From Nitrospiraceae bacterium (GTDB taxonomy: Bacteria > Nitrospirota > Nitrospiria > Nitrospirales > Nitrospiraceae), in assembly GCA_041616875.1 (NCBI GenBank), contig JBFJQA010000001.1, positions 4,646 through 68,645 of the forward strand: 64,000 bases of DNA, written 5' to 3'. Positions 36,577 through 46,793 of this stretch are shown in pieces (positions within the stretch are counted from its first letter, which is position 1; each line of letters begins with the position of its first letter). The notes beneath the pieces are model-generated. The model saw nothing but the letters and a program-made list of their open reading frames with translations. It ran no database searches and was not told where the DNA came from. Position numbers and translations under genes: made by a program.

Positions 36577-38526
36577 ATGCCTGCCACTGAGACCTCTGAA
36601 GAAATTGTCCGGGTGTCTGGGTTCGGTAAGCAGTACCGCAGGCATGTGGCCGTAACGGGCGTGGATCTGACTCTCCGACGAGGGGAGATTTACGGCCTCA
36701 TTGGACCAGATGGGGCTGGCAAGAGCACCCTGATGAAAGCGATTGCCGGCGTCCTTGCCTTCGAGGAAGGGCATCTCGAGGTCTTCGGGGTTTCAGTGGA
36801 TTCTGAGCGCGCGGCCGAGCGGGTCAAACCCCGTCTCGGTTTTCTTCCGCAGGGCCTCGGCCAGAACCTCTACCCCGACCTGTCGATTGAAGAAAACGTC
36901 GACTTTTTTGCGAGAATACGCCTGGTACCTGAACATGCCCTGGCGGAACGGAAGCACCGTCTCTTGGCGATGACCCGCCTCGACCCCTTTCGTGATCGAA
37001 GCATGAAGCACCTCTCCGGCGGAATGAAACAAAAGCTAGGGTTGGTCTGCACGCTGATTCACGAGCCCGACCTGGTTATCCTTGATGAACCCACGACCGG
37101 CGTGGACCCCGTGTCACGCCGAGACTTTTGGGTCATCCTGTCTGAGCTGGTTCAAGAGCGAGGCATCACGGCCCTCGTGTCCACTGCCTATATGGATGAG
37201 GCAGCCCGGTTTCATCAACTGAGTCTCCTCTTTCAGGGGCGTATCTTGGCCAAGGGCACGCCCTCTGAGATCCACGACCTCACTCCTGGCTCAGTGGTGG
37301 TTCTGGAAGCGGAACCTCAAGTGGAAACCATGAGACGGCTGCAACAGGTCTTTCCACAAGTCGAAGCCGAGGGATCGATGCTCCGGGTGTTCGTGGATGG
37401 CCTCGACCAGGAACCGGCAAGAAGCCGGGTGAGCGATTGCCTCGTGGGGTTGGAGATCAAGAATCTCGAGAGTGAGGAACCGGGTCCTGAAGATGCCTTT
37501 GTGGCGCTTCTTCGACGACAGGGTCTGGCCCAAGAGTCATCGGACTTTCCCTTGGCCGCGATCCCGACCTTCAGAGGTGAAAAACTGGCGATCGAAGCCA
37601 ACCAGCTGGTTCGAGATTTCGGATCGTTTCGGGCCGTTGATCGGGTCAGTTTTCAGGTGCGGGAAGGTGAAATTTTTGGTTTGCTTGGATCAAACGGGGC
37701 CGGCAAAACAACGGTCATTAAGATGCTGACCGGATTACTCCGGACGGGCGGCGGTGAGGGACGAGTGGCCGGGGTAGACATGCGCCAAGCCCGAGGGGCG
37801 GTCAAAGAACGGATTGGGTACATGTCCCAGGCTTTTTCGCTGTATCTGGATCTCACGGTGGTGGAAAACATCCGTCTCTTTGCCGGGATTTACGGGCTCG
37901 GCGGGCGGGAGACCAACGCGCGTCTGGCCTGGATTCTCAGCATGGCCGGCTTGGCTGGCTATGAGTCCGAGCTGACCGGGCGCCTTCCCATGGGTGTCCG
38001 ACAACGTCTCGCGCTCGGCTGCGCCTTGGTGCATAAGCCTCGGGTGCTGTTCCTCGATGAGCCGACCTCTGGCGTCGATCCCATAGGACGACGACGTTTT
38101 TGGGAAGTGTTGCTGCGTCTGTCTCGTGAGGAGGGAGTGGGGATGCTGGTCACGACCCATTATATGGGTGAAGCTGAGCATTGTGATCGACTTGCTCTGA
38201 TGTATGCCGGACGCATTGTGTCGGAAGGGTCGCCGCGGGAGATGAAGGAGCACGTTGAGAAGGAAGCGGGATCGCTGCTTGAGGTAGGGTCGGATCAGCC
38301 GGCCAAAGCCATGGCCCATTTGGAAATGGCAGGGTTACCTCGGGCCGTTCTCTTCGGGACCGACCTCCATCTGTTTTCCAAAAATACGGTGGGTGATGAA
38401 GCAACCATTCGGCGAGTCCTGGAGTCTGAAGGGGTCAACGTACGATCGGTCAAGCGGCGTCCCCTCAGCCTAGAAGATGTCTTCGTGTACCGGGTCATGG
38501 GGTTGGAACAGCAGGGATCGGCATGA
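36577..38526 (+). CDS. ABC transporter ATP-binding protein with two fused ATPase domains (YbhF-like)
   Basis: Walker A GPDGAGKST and GSNGAGKTT. Signatures LSGGMKQKL and LPMGVRQRL. Walker B ILDEPT and FLDEPT. Confidence 0.9.
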   Translation: MPATETSEEIVRVSGFGKQYRRHVAVTGVDLTLRRGEIYGLIGPDGAGKSTLMKAIAGVLAFEEGHLEVFGVSVDSERAAERVKPRLGFLPQGLGQNLYPDLSIEENVDFFARIRLVPEHALAERKHRLLAMTRLDPFRDRSMKHLSGGMKQKLGLVCTLIHEPDLVILDEPTTGVDPVSRRDFWVILSELVQERGITALVSTAYMDEAARFHQLSLLFQGRILAKGTPSEIHDLTPGSVVVLEAEPQVETMRRLQQVFPQVEAEGSMLRVFVDGLDQEPARSRVSDCLVGLEIKNLESEEPGPEDAFVALLRRQGLAQESSDFPLAAIPTFRGEKLAIEANQLVRDFGSFRAVDRVSFQVREGEIFGLLGSNGAGKTTVIKMLTGLLRTGGGEGRVAGVDMRQARGAVKERIGYMSQAFSLYLDLTVVENIRLFAGIYGLGGRETNARLAWILSMAGLAGYESELTGRLPMGVRQRLALGCALVHKPRVLFLDEPTSGVDPIGRRRFWEVLLRLSREEGVGMLVTTHYMGEAEHCDRLALMYAGRIVSEGSPREMKEHVEKEAGSLLEVGSDQPAKAMAHLEMAGLPRAVLFGTDLHLFSKNTVGDEATIRRVLESEGVNVRSVKRRPLSLEDVFVYRVMGLEQQGSA

Positions 38527-39677
38527 ACCTCACACGAGTGGCAGCGGTTGCATCAAAAGAGTGGCGTGAGACTACCCGCGATCGATTGTTCCTCTCCTTG
38601 GTCTTTATCCTCCCTCTGCTGTGGATGGTCGTGTTCGGCTATGGGGTTGTGCTCGATGTCGAACATATCCCCATGGCCGCGCTGGATCGTGATGGAAGCC
38701 GGTTGAGCCGGGACTACTTTTCTCGGTTTACCGAGTCACGGTATTTTGATTTCAAGGGGTTTCTCAGGAGCGAAGAGGAAGCCGATCATCTTTTGCAACG
38801 AGGCAGCATCCGAATGGCCATCATCGTGCCAGAAAAATTCCAGGAACGTCTTCTGTCTGGATTCTCTGTCGGAGTCCAGACCCTGATCGATGGGACGTTT
38901 CCCATGCGAACCGAGATCACCAAGGGCTATGTGGTAGCTGTCAACAACGCGTTTAGTGAGGAATTGCTGGTGGACCATCTTGCAGGTTCGCGCGGCATTG
39001 ATCGACAAGAAGCCCGTGAAGTGATCCGGCCCATCAGACTCGAGGTCCGCTATCTTTATAACCAGGAAGTGAAGAGTACCTGGGCGATGGCGCCGGCGCT
39101 CGTCATGTTTTCCCTGATGGTGTCTGTCCCCCTCCTGACTGCCCTCGGCGTGGTGAGGGAGAAGGAGCGCGGCTCGATCTACAATATCTATAGCTCGACG
39201 GTGAGTCGTGGCGAATTTCTTGTGGGGAAGCTTTCGCCATATATCGCGATGTCGGGCGTCAACGTCGTCCTGTTGTGGATCATAGCCACGCGCCTCTTTG
39301 AGGTGCCATTCAAAGGGAATTTCGTGTTCTTTTTTGTGTCCTCGCTGGTGTTCGTCGCCTGTTGCACGGGAATTGGCCTCGTCGTCTCTCTCCTCGTGAA
39401 CACCCAAATGGCGGCGATGATTATTGCCATCATTGTCGGCATCGTTCCGACCTTTCTGTTCTCCGGTTTCATTGTCCCAGTTTCTTCCCTGTCTCCAGGC
39501 GCTCAAATACAGTCTCGTTTTGTTCCCGCCAGATATTACACCGATATCGTACGCGGGGGTTTTCTGAAGGGACTTGGGATGGACGTGTATGGATGGGAGT
39601 TGCTGGCGCTGGCCGGGTACGCATCAGCACTGTTTCTTTTGGGGTATGTGCTCTTTCGCAAGAGACCCAGGACATGA
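38523..39677 (+). CDS. ABC-2 type permease (YbhS/YbhR-like)
   Basis: N-terminal KEWRETTRDRLFL, a large periplasmic loop, then 5 TM segments including REKERGSI. 4-nt overlap with the ATPase stop. Confidence 0.85.
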   Translation: MNLTRVAAVASKEWRETTRDRLFLSLVFILPLLWMVVFGYGVVLDVEHIPMAALDRDGSRLSRDYFSRFTESRYFDFKGFLRSEEEADHLLQRGSIRMAIIVPEKFQERLLSGFSVGVQTLIDGTFPMRTEITKGYVVAVNNAFSEELLVDHLAGSRGIDRQEAREVIRPIRLEVRYLYNQEVKSTWAMAPALVMFSLMVSVPLLTALGVVREKERGSIYNIYSSTVSRGEFLVGKLSPYIAMSGVNVVLLWIIATRLFEVPFKGNFVFFFVSSLVFVACCTGIGLVVSLLVNTQMAAMIIAIIVGIVPTFLFSGFIVPVSSLSPGAQIQSRFVPARYYTDIVRGGFLKGLGMDVYGWELLALAGYASALFLLGYVLFRKRPRT

Positions 39678-40846
39678 AGCAGGGAATGGGGACCAGCCTG
39701 AACCGAACAACGATCTGGTGCCGTCGTCTGTCTGTCATGACCCATAAGGAATTACTGCAACTGTTTCGAGACCTTCCCCTCGTCTTATTCCTAATCTACT
39801 CCTTTACCCTCGCGGTCTACATCACCGGCACCGGCATGTCGGCACAACTTCGAAATGCCAGCATACTGGTGTATGATGCCGATCATAGTCGGTCATCACG
39901 GGAGCTGATCCACCGATTTCGCTCTCCATATTTTCGTCTCGATGGAGAGATTGCCACACCACAGGAAGGGCTACGTCTGTTAGACGAGGGCAAGACGATG
40001 GTGGTGTTGGATATTCCTCCACGGTTTCATGAGTTGTTGGAAAAAGGGGAGCAAACGGCCGTGCAGATCCAGGTAGATACGACCAATGCGCCACAGGGCC
40101 TGTCTGCAGCGAGTTACGCCGCCCGGATCGTTGGAGGGTTTGGGTCAGAAGTGGCAAGGCGACGCATGGGTATCAGCCCCAACGCGCGAGAGCCTCTGCC
40201 GGAAGTCCGAAGTGATCACCGCGTATGGTACAACCCCGAGCAAAAAGATGCCTGGTTTGAATCGGTGTCCCATGTTCTTCGCATGACCACGCTCTTTGCC
40301 ATCCTCTTGCCGGCGGCCGCTCTCGTAAGGGAAAAAGAACGAGGGACGGTCGAGCAATTGTTGGTCTCTCCCCTCACCCCGTTTCAGATTATGTTCTCCA
40401 AAGTGTTGTCCATGACCATTGTTATTTTAGGGGCGACGCTCACGAGTATCTTTGTCATCCTCCGACCCATTCTGGATGTCCCGTTGAGAGGAAGCCTGGC
40501 GTTGTACGTGGTGCTCACCGCTCTCTTTGCCTTTACCACCGCCGGCATCGGGCTGTTCGCGGCGGAATTTTCGCGGAATCAGGCGCAGGTGATGATGATG
40601 ACCATCTTGGTTCTTGTCCCCATGCTGTTGCTGTCGGGGATTACGAGCCCAGTGGAAGCGATGCCGACATGGGTGCAGTACCTCATGACCTTGTCGCCGT
40701 TACGCTATTACATCGAGATCACCCACGGCATTTTCTTTAAAGGGATCGGGCTCGAGATTCTCTGGCGGTCGGTCCTAGCCATGGTGCTCCTGGGGAGTGT
40801 CACCTTCGGCTTTGGGGTGTGGCGCTTTCGCAGGCAGTTCGAGTGA
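39674..40846 (+). CDS. ABC-2 type permease (second subunit)
   Basis: ATG 39674 overlaps the previous stop (ATGA). HKELLQLFRDLPLVLFL.., REKERGTVEQLLVSPL. The track start at 39362 lies inside the preceding gene. Confidence 0.85.
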   Translation: MKQGMGTSLNRTTIWCRRLSVMTHKELLQLFRDLPLVLFLIYSFTLAVYITGTGMSAQLRNASILVYDADHSRSSRELIHRFRSPYFRLDGEIATPQEGLRLLDEGKTMVVLDIPPRFHELLEKGEQTAVQIQVDTTNAPQGLSAASYAARIVGGFGSEVARRRMGISPNAREPLPEVRSDHRVWYNPEQKDAWFESVSHVLRMTTLFAILLPAAALVREKERGTVEQLLVSPLTPFQIMFSKVLSMTIVILGATLTSIFVILRPILDVPLRGSLALYVVLTALFAFTTAGIGLFAAEFSRNQAQVMMMTILVLVPMLLLSGITSPVEAMPTWVQYLMTLSPLRYYIEITHGIFFKGIGLEILWRSVLAMVLLGSVTFGFGVWRFRRQFE

Positions 40847-40873
40847 GGGGCACGCGGTCATTTGAGAAAAGCC

Positions 40874-42007
40874 ATGACAGGCGAGAGGCGACTGATGAAG
40901 CAGGCAACCATTACCCTTCAGGACCAACGGCTCATCCAGTTCGAAGGGCGCTGGACTGTGCAGGACATGCCTGAGTTGGAGCGGCGGTTTGACTCGATAT
41001 CCTGGCCCGATGTCCCGGCTCTGGTCTGTGACGCCAGCGGGATTGCGGCCATGGATACGGGTGGAGCGGTCTTGTTGCAAAGAACCTTGAATCACCTTCG
41101 AAAAAAGGGACGGCAGGTGGCATTGCGTGGCCTCCGACCGGAGTTTGCCGAGCTGTTGGAAATGGTGTCGACGAACTGGGGAAAGGTTCAGCCAACCGCA
41201 GTGCGGGTTTCTCCTCAATGGTTGGAGAGGGTCGGGCTCATCGCGTGGGATCGGGTGCAGCAAGGGATAAACGGCCTTGCTTTCTTGGGGGAGAGTACGG
41301 TAGCCATGGTTCGTTCCCTCATTTCTCCAAGGTCGATTCGGCTGCGCGCCTTGCTCCGAAGTCTTGAGGAAGACGGGTTTCACGCCCTGCCTATCACTGG
41401 GCTGCTGACCTTCCTCATGGGTGTCGTGATTGCCTACCAGGGGGCCGAGCAGTTGCGGACCGTCGGCGCCAACATCTTTGTCGTCGATCTGGTCGGAATT
41501 TCTCTTCTCCGTGAAATTGCTCCCCTCGTCACCGCGATCCTTGTCGCCGGGCGCTCCGGCTCAGCCTACACCGCCGAGATCGGGACGATGAAGGTCACCG
41601 AGGAGTTGGATGCCCTTCGAACGTTAGGGGTCAGCCCCATGCAATTGCTCGTGCTTCCCAAGGCCCTCGCCCTGGTGATCGCCCTGCCGCTGTTGACCGT
41701 ATACGCCGATGTGGTCGGCGTGGTGGGCGGTATGCTGGTCGCGTCCAATCAGCTTGGGGTCGGCTACCATGAATTCCTTACCCGCTTTGAAGAAGCCGTT
41801 GCCTTGAAGCATTTCTTCATCGGGATGGGGAAAGCGCCGGTCTTTGCAGGCATCATTGCCCTGGTGGGCTGCTATCAGGGCTTCCAAATACGTGGCGGCG
41901 TCAATGACGTGGGCCGGCACACGACCATCAGTGTAGTACAAAGCATTTTCTTGGTCATAGTCTTTGACGCATTCTTTTCCATCCTGTTGAGCTGGTGGGG
42001 TCTCTAA
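40874..42007 (+). CDS. mlaE: MlaE-family ABC permease with N-terminal STAS-like domain
   Basis: The first ~100 aa (..ITLQDQRLIQFEGRWTVQDMPELE..ASGIAAMDTGGAVLLQRTL..) look STAS/anti-sigma-antagonist-like. The remainder is an MlaE core (..EIGTMKVTEELDALRTLGVSPMQLLVLPK..). The start is uncertain (TTG 40862, ATG 40874 or ATG 40895). Confidence 0.8.
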   Translation: MTGERRLMKQATITLQDQRLIQFEGRWTVQDMPELERRFDSISWPDVPALVCDASGIAAMDTGGAVLLQRTLNHLRKKGRQVALRGLRPEFAELLEMVSTNWGKVQPTAVRVSPQWLERVGLIAWDRVQQGINGLAFLGESTVAMVRSLISPRSIRLRALLRSLEEDGFHALPITGLLTFLMGVVIAYQGAEQLRTVGANIFVVDLVGISLLREIAPLVTAILVAGRSGSAYTAEIGTMKVTEELDALRTLGVSPMQLLVLPKALALVIALPLLTVYADVVGVVGGMLVASNQLGVGYHEFLTRFEEAVALKHFFIGMGKAPVFAGIIALVGCYQGFQIRGGVNDVGRHTTISVVQSIFLVIVFDAFFSILLSWWGL

Positions 42008-42807
42008 TGATGGCGATCGCTGGGGCGACGGTCGGCTCACCACTGATCGACGTCAGTCACGTCTGCACACGATTTGGCAGCGCGGTTGTCCATGATGACG
42101 TGAGTCTCTCGGTTCACAGGGGCGAGATTTTTGCGATTGCGGGCGGAAATGGGAGCGGCAAGTCCACCCTGCTCAGGGAGATCCTCCTTCTACAGCGACA
42201 GACATCGGGGACCATTCTGGTCTTCGGAAAAGACACCACTCATCTGACGGAGGCAGAGCGGAAGAGTCTCCACCGGCGGTGCGGTGTCATGTTCCAGCAT
42301 GGCGCGTTGTTCAGTTCTCTCACCGTCGCTGAGAATGTCGCGGTTCCCTTGCGGGAGCATACCCGTTTGGGCACGCGACTGATTCAGGAGATTGCGGCCA
42401 TTAAGATTGCCCTGGCCGGCTTTCCTCCGGCGAGTATCACGAAATACCCGAATGAGCTGAGCGGTGGAATGCGAAGGCGCGCAGCCCTGGCCCGTGCCAT
42501 AGCCTTGGATCCCGAACTGCTGTTCTTGGACGAGCCCACGGCGGGATTGGATCCGATCAGCGCCGCGGGATTCGACGAGCTGGTGCTGCATCTGAAGGGT
42601 TTGCTCGGGTTGACGGTGGTGATTGTCACGCATGATCTCGATTCGCTGTGGCGCATTTCGGATCGCGTGGCTGTTCTGGGGAATGGGACGGTAGTGGGCA
42701 CGGGGACAATGCAAGAACTGTCCCAATCTGATGACCCCCACATCCATGAATTCTTCTGTGGACCGCGTGGCCGGGCGGCAAAGGAGCAAGCATGGAACCC
42801 AAAGTAA
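42007..42807 (+). CDS. mlaF: MlaF-family ABC ATP-binding protein
   Basis: GGNGSGKST, LSGGMRRRAALARA, LFLDEPTAGLDP. The ATG overlaps the MlaE stop (TAATG). Confidence 0.85.
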   Translation: MMAIAGATVGSPLIDVSHVCTRFGSAVVHDDVSLSVHRGEIFAIAGGNGSGKSTLLREILLLQRQTSGTILVFGKDTTHLTEAERKSLHRRCGVMFQHGALFSSLTVAENVAVPLREHTRLGTRLIQEIAAIKIALAGFPPASITKYPNELSGGMRRRAALARAIALDPELLFLDEPTAGLDPISAAGFDELVLHLKGLLGLTVVIVTHDLDSLWRISDRVAVLGNGTVVGTGTMQELSQSDDPHIHEFFCGPRGRAAKEQAWNPK

Positions 42808-43724
42808 ACTACCTGATTGTGGGTCTGTTCGTGGTTGTGCTCGGGATAACCTTAGTGGGAGTGGTATTATGGCTCGCCAAAGGGGATTACCAGTCGTATG
42901 ATCGCTACTACGCCTTCGTGCGAGAATCGGTCGCCGGCTTGAGTCTGAATGCCCCAGTGAAGTATCACGGAGTGGAGGTGGGTTCCGTCACTGAAATCGT
43001 CCTCAACCCGGACAATCCGGAAGAGGTGCGCCTCACCTTAGACATTCTCCGCGGGACCCCGGTCAAAGAGGACACCATTGCTATTCAGCACGTCCAGGGG
43101 CTCACCGGCTTTGCAATTATTGACCTGACTGGCGGCACGCGGACATCCCCCCGGCTCACCGCCAAACCTGGTGAACCGTATCCAGTGATCAAGACTGGTC
43201 CGTCGTTTTTCGCACGCTTGAATCAGGAAGGGTCACGCCTCATGACAAACTTGAATCAGGTGACGGAAGATGTACAAATGCTGATCGATGAGAGCAACCG
43301 CGCTGCGCTGCGCCAGATCCTGACCGATATGGCGAAGCTGACGAACACATTGGCCGCCCATAGCGAACGCCTGGACCAGGGGGTCACCAATGCGGCGGAG
43401 ACCGCACAACATCTTGCCACGATGTCGAAGGATCTCAGCCAGCAGCTTCCCATCATCATGAAACGCATAGACCGGAGCGCCCTTGCATTGCAGGGAATGA
43501 CGGAAGAAGTGACCCGTGCGAGTTCAGCCGTCGGTGACATGGTGAAGGAGACCAGACCAAACATCGAGGCGTTTTCCCGTCAAACTTTGGCCGAAACAGG
43601 GTTCCTCATTGCCGAACTCCGCGAACTCACCGCAAGTCTCCAGCGGGTAGCGCGACAACTTGAACGAGAGCCTAGCGCACTCATTTTCGGTGGCACACCT
43701 CCACCGCCAGGACCGGGGGAGTGA
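42792..43724 (+). CDS. mlaD: MlaD/MCE-family substrate-binding protein with long helical C-terminal extension
   Basis: TM anchor NYLIVGLFVVVLG.., then an MCE core ..VAGLSLNAPVKYHGVEVGSVTEI.., then about 170 aa of helical sequence. Confidence 0.8.
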   Translation: MEPKVNYLIVGLFVVVLGITLVGVVLWLAKGDYQSYDRYYAFVRESVAGLSLNAPVKYHGVEVGSVTEIVLNPDNPEEVRLTLDILRGTPVKEDTIAIQHVQGLTGFAIIDLTGGTRTSPRLTAKPGEPYPVIKTGPSFFARLNQEGSRLMTNLNQVTEDVQMLIDESNRAALRQILTDMAKLTNTLAAHSERLDQGVTNAAETAQHLATMSKDLSQQLPIIMKRIDRSALALQGMTEEVTRASSAVGDMVKETRPNIEAFSRQTLAETGFLIAELRELTASLQRVARQLEREPSALIFGGTPPPPGPGE

Positions 43725-43728
43725 ATCG

Positions 43729-44385
43729 ATGACCGCAGGGCTGAGCCGTTCTCTCGGAATCCTTACCACGGCCTTGCTGTTGGTGGTGCTGACGGCTTGC
43801 ACCTTCGGGCCGCCGAAAAGTAGCTCGGTCCCGCATACGTATCTGCTCAGCCTTGAGCGTGAGGCAGATGAGCTTTCCACCGAAATCATACCTGCTGCCG
43901 ACGCACCAACTCTGCTGGTCAATGTGCCGAAGGCTCAAGCGGGGTTCGACACACCACGCATGGTCTATCTCCAGCGCCCGCACGAAGTGCAGTATTTCGC
44001 AACCAGTCAATGGGCGGATACGCCGGCCCGCATGTTGGCTCCGCTGCTCGTGCAAGTCCTCGAGCGAACTGGCGGGTGGGGAGCGGTGATTCAGATGCCG
44101 AGCAGCGTGCGCGGTGATTATCGCGTCGATATCGACAACCTTTCGCTCCAGCAGGAATTTGTTTCACGACCCAGCCTGGTTCGTCTCGCCTTTCGTGCGC
44201 AACTTGTCGACTTACGAAGACAATGCGTCTTGGGCGTTCGCGGATTCGTGGCGTTGGAGGAGGCTTCCAGCGAGGATGCCTATGGAGGAGTGCTCGCAGC
44301 AAATCGTGCTGTGGCCACACTCCTTCCTCAGTTGGCCGCCTGGCTCAATGCCTCCATGAACCAGGATCTTCAGGACGCGTGCTGA
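43729..44385 (+). CDS. ABC-transport auxiliary lipoprotein (DUF330/PqiC-like)
   Basis: ATG 43729: MTAGLSRSLGILTTALLLVVLTAC with a lipobox. The body (..FDTPRMVYLQRPHEVQYFATSQWADTPARMLAPLL..) resembles the YmbA/PqiC family found after mce genes. Confidence 0.7.
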   Translation: MTAGLSRSLGILTTALLLVVLTACTFGPPKSSSVPHTYLLSLEREADELSTEIIPAADAPTLLVNVPKAQAGFDTPRMVYLQRPHEVQYFATSQWADTPARMLAPLLVQVLERTGGWGAVIQMPSSVRGDYRVDIDNLSLQQEFVSRPSLVRLAFRAQLVDLRRQCVLGVRGFVALEEASSEDAYGGVLAANRAVATLLPQLAAWLNASMNQDLQDAC

Positions 44386-44624
44386 TGGGGTGACTGCCGA
44401 GTCCAGAACAGTGGCCTCTGAATTGGGGAGGCATTTCCATCGCATCGGGAACCGACTTCGCTTGCAGAGTGAGGAATGATGGCTGGGAAAATGGTCCTGC
44501 CCACCGAACAGTGCAGATTTAACCGTGGCCGTCCCGTCCTACGTGGTGGGTCTCAAGGGTGAGGGAGGGTACAGAAGACGATGAATTCACGACACAGCCC
44601 ACACTCAACTGGAGGTGATACACC

Positions 44625-44819
44625 ATGAATGCCAAATCTAAGAAGAATGTCTCACCTGGAAAGCCGGTGACCACGGATCCCGACGGCGTGTGGCAGTTGA
44701 TCACGCAGAAAGCCAATGAGCTGTGGGAGCAGCGGGGGCGGCGGGAAGGTTTCGCCTTAGATGACTGGCTCGAGGCAGAAGAAATCGTCATGGATGAATT
44801 GCACGAAGGCCGTGAGTAG
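44625..44819 (+). CDS. DUF2934-type small protein
   Basis: ..QKANELWEQRGRREGFALDDWLEAEEIV.. is the same signature as 7962..8198. RBS GGAGGTG. Confidence 0.6.
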   Translation: MNAKSKKNVSPGKPVTTDPDGVWQLITQKANELWEQRGRREGFALDDWLEAEEIVMDELHEGRE

Positions 44820-44945
44820 CGGTCGGAATCCTTTCGTCAGTGACCCAATTACATTTGTTCGCATGCCAGCACGGGCTCGTCAACAGTGCCGAGGAGCGTT
44901 GAGGGACATGAGAGGTGATCATGCCTGCATGTCGAGTGGGACTCG

Positions 44946-45983
44946 ATGATGCAGGAACTCCACGGCTGGAGTGAAGAAAAGCGTTCCGCCTATCTGTACC
45001 AGATTCTCGCTGAGGCTGAGGCAGGCACGACGAGACAGGACCTCTTTTTGAAGCTGGCCCAGGCGGCAGACCAGCAGGCAAGCATTTGGGCGCGCACCAT
45101 TGAAAAAGACGGGGGCCGCTTGCCTGAGGGCTACCGGCCAGACCTACGGACGCAGATGGTGGGACAATTCACCAGGTGGGTGGGTCCCCGCGTCATGCGG
45201 CCGGTGCTCGCTGCCATGAAGGTGCGAGGCCTCTCTGTCTATTCATCGGCGAGCCCAGGCCATGCCATTCCGGTGAGCCTGGCCGAGGTGGGCCGTCGGC
45301 ATCGGGCCTTCGGCAGTGGGGGCAACCTCCGCGCCGCGGTGTTCGGAGTCAACGACGGCCTTGTCTCGAATGCCAGTTTGATCATGGGCATTGCCGGTGC
45401 GTCCGTGGACACTAACATCATTATGCTGACCGGCATCGCTGGCCTGCTGGCTGGAGCCTTCTCTATGGCGGCAGGGGAGTATGTGTCGGTTCGTTCGCAG
45501 CGTGATCTCCATGAATATCAGATCGGGCTCGAGCGAGAGGAGTTGGAGGAGTATCCGGAAGAAGAAGCGGCCGAGCTTGCCTTGATCTATGAGGCGAAAG
45601 GGCTCAAGAAGGAGGAGGCGCACCATCTCGCAGATAAGATCATTGCCGATCCCGGACGGGCCTTGGATACACTCGCGAGGGAAGAACTGGGTCTGAATCC
45701 TGACGAGCTCGGTTCGCCCTGGGGGGCGGCATCATCATCCTTCCTCTCCTTTGCCCTGGGCGCGTCTCTTCCACTCTGGCCATTTTTCTTCGGGGCGGGA
45801 GGGGAACGGCTATGGTTGGTCATGATGGTGACCGCTCTCGCCCTCTTTGTGGTTGGTGCCCTGCTGAGCCTGTTCACGGGGAAGCCTGCTCTGGTGGGAG
45901 GCCTGCGCATGATGCTGATCGGCGGCGCTGCCGCTGGGGCGACCTATATGATCGGCAGCGCGATTGGAATCAGCTTGGGTTAG
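44946..45983 (+). CDS. VIT1/CCC1-family Fe/Mn transporter with N-terminal helical (ferritin-like?) extension
   Basis: NLRAAVFGVNDGLVSNASLIMG.. and an acidic loop ..EREELEEYPEEEAAELALIYEAKGL.. are typical of the VIT family. The ~110-aa N-terminal domain is unassigned. Confidence 0.8.
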   Translation: MMQELHGWSEEKRSAYLYQILAEAEAGTTRQDLFLKLAQAADQQASIWARTIEKDGGRLPEGYRPDLRTQMVGQFTRWVGPRVMRPVLAAMKVRGLSVYSSASPGHAIPVSLAEVGRRHRAFGSGGNLRAAVFGVNDGLVSNASLIMGIAGASVDTNIIMLTGIAGLLAGAFSMAAGEYVSVRSQRDLHEYQIGLEREELEEYPEEEAAELALIYEAKGLKKEEAHHLADKIIADPGRALDTLAREELGLNPDELGSPWGAASSSFLSFALGASLPLWPFFFGAGGERLWLVMMVTALALFVVGALLSLFTGKPALVGGLRMMLIGGAAAGATYMIGSAIGISLG

Positions 45984-46025
45984 ATTCTTGGAAAGGCCAG
46001 GGGTTGTCGCCTGGTTCATCGAGTA

Positions 46026-46793
46026 GTGACCAAGGCTCATGAGTTAGATGTCAGACGTTTTGACGCGGTGCTGTTCGATCTTGACGGCGTGGTGACGAAA
46101 ACGGCGAGAGTCCACGCCGCGGCCTGGAAGAAACTGTTTGATGGGTATCTGGAGCGAAAATCCATTCGAGAGGGAAAACCATTTCTGCCTTTCGATGCGC
46201 AGACCGATTATCGGGAGTATGTGGATGGCAAGCCACGCCATGAAGGCGTGAAGAGTTTTCTCGAATCGCGTGCAATCACGCTTCATTACGGAGACCCCGG
46301 GGACGATCCGAGTGCCGAAACCATCTGTGGATTAGGGAATCGCAAGAATGACTACTTTCGGGAGGCGTTGAAGGAGATGGGAGTGGAGACCTTCGCATCC
46401 AGCGTTGCTTTTGTCCATGAGGCCAAGCGGAGAGGACTGAAGACCGCCATTGTGTCTTCCAGCAAGAATTGCGGGGCCGTTCTGGAGGCTGCAGGCCTCA
46501 CGGACCTCTTTGATGTGAAGGTGGACGGTCAGGACATGGCCCGTGGACATCTGAAGGGAAAACCAGCCCCGGACATATTTGTTCGGGCCGCCTCATTGCT
46601 TGAGATCGCGCCGGAGCGGACGGTCATCGTTGAAGATGCCCTGGCTGGGGTCGAAGCCGGACGCAGCGGTTCATTCGGCCTGGTGGTTGGCGTGGACCGA
46701 GTGGGGCAGGGCGATGCTCTCGTGAGGCATGGGGCCGACCTCGTCGTGTCCGATTTAGCAGAACTTGCATTTGGGAATGGGGGCTCACCATGA
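46026..46793 (+). CDS. HAD-IA hydrolase, beta-phosphoglucomutase-like
   Basis: FDAVLFDLDGVVT (DxDG nucleophile), ..SSSKN.., ..KGKPAPDIF.. and ..EDALAGVEAG.. motifs I-IV. GTG start. Confidence 0.75.
   Translation: MTKAHELDVRRFDAVLFDLDGVVTKTARVHAAAWKKLFDGYLERKSIREGKPFLPFDAQTDYREYVDGKPRHEGVKSFLESRAITLHYGDPGDDPSAETICGLGNRKNDYFREALKEMGVETFASSVAFVHEAKRRGLKTAIVSSSKNCGAVLEAAGLTDLFDVKVDGQDMARGHLKGKPAPDIFVRAASLLEIAPERTVIVEDALAGVEAGRSGSFGLVVGVDRVGQGDALVRHGADLVVSDLAELAFGNGGSP

Noticed and set aside
39362-39673. Upstream 104 codons of the second ABC-2 permease ORF.
   Set aside because: They overlap the first permease in another frame. ATG 39674 forms an ATGA overlap with the preceding stop and precedes the conserved HKELLQLFRD start.
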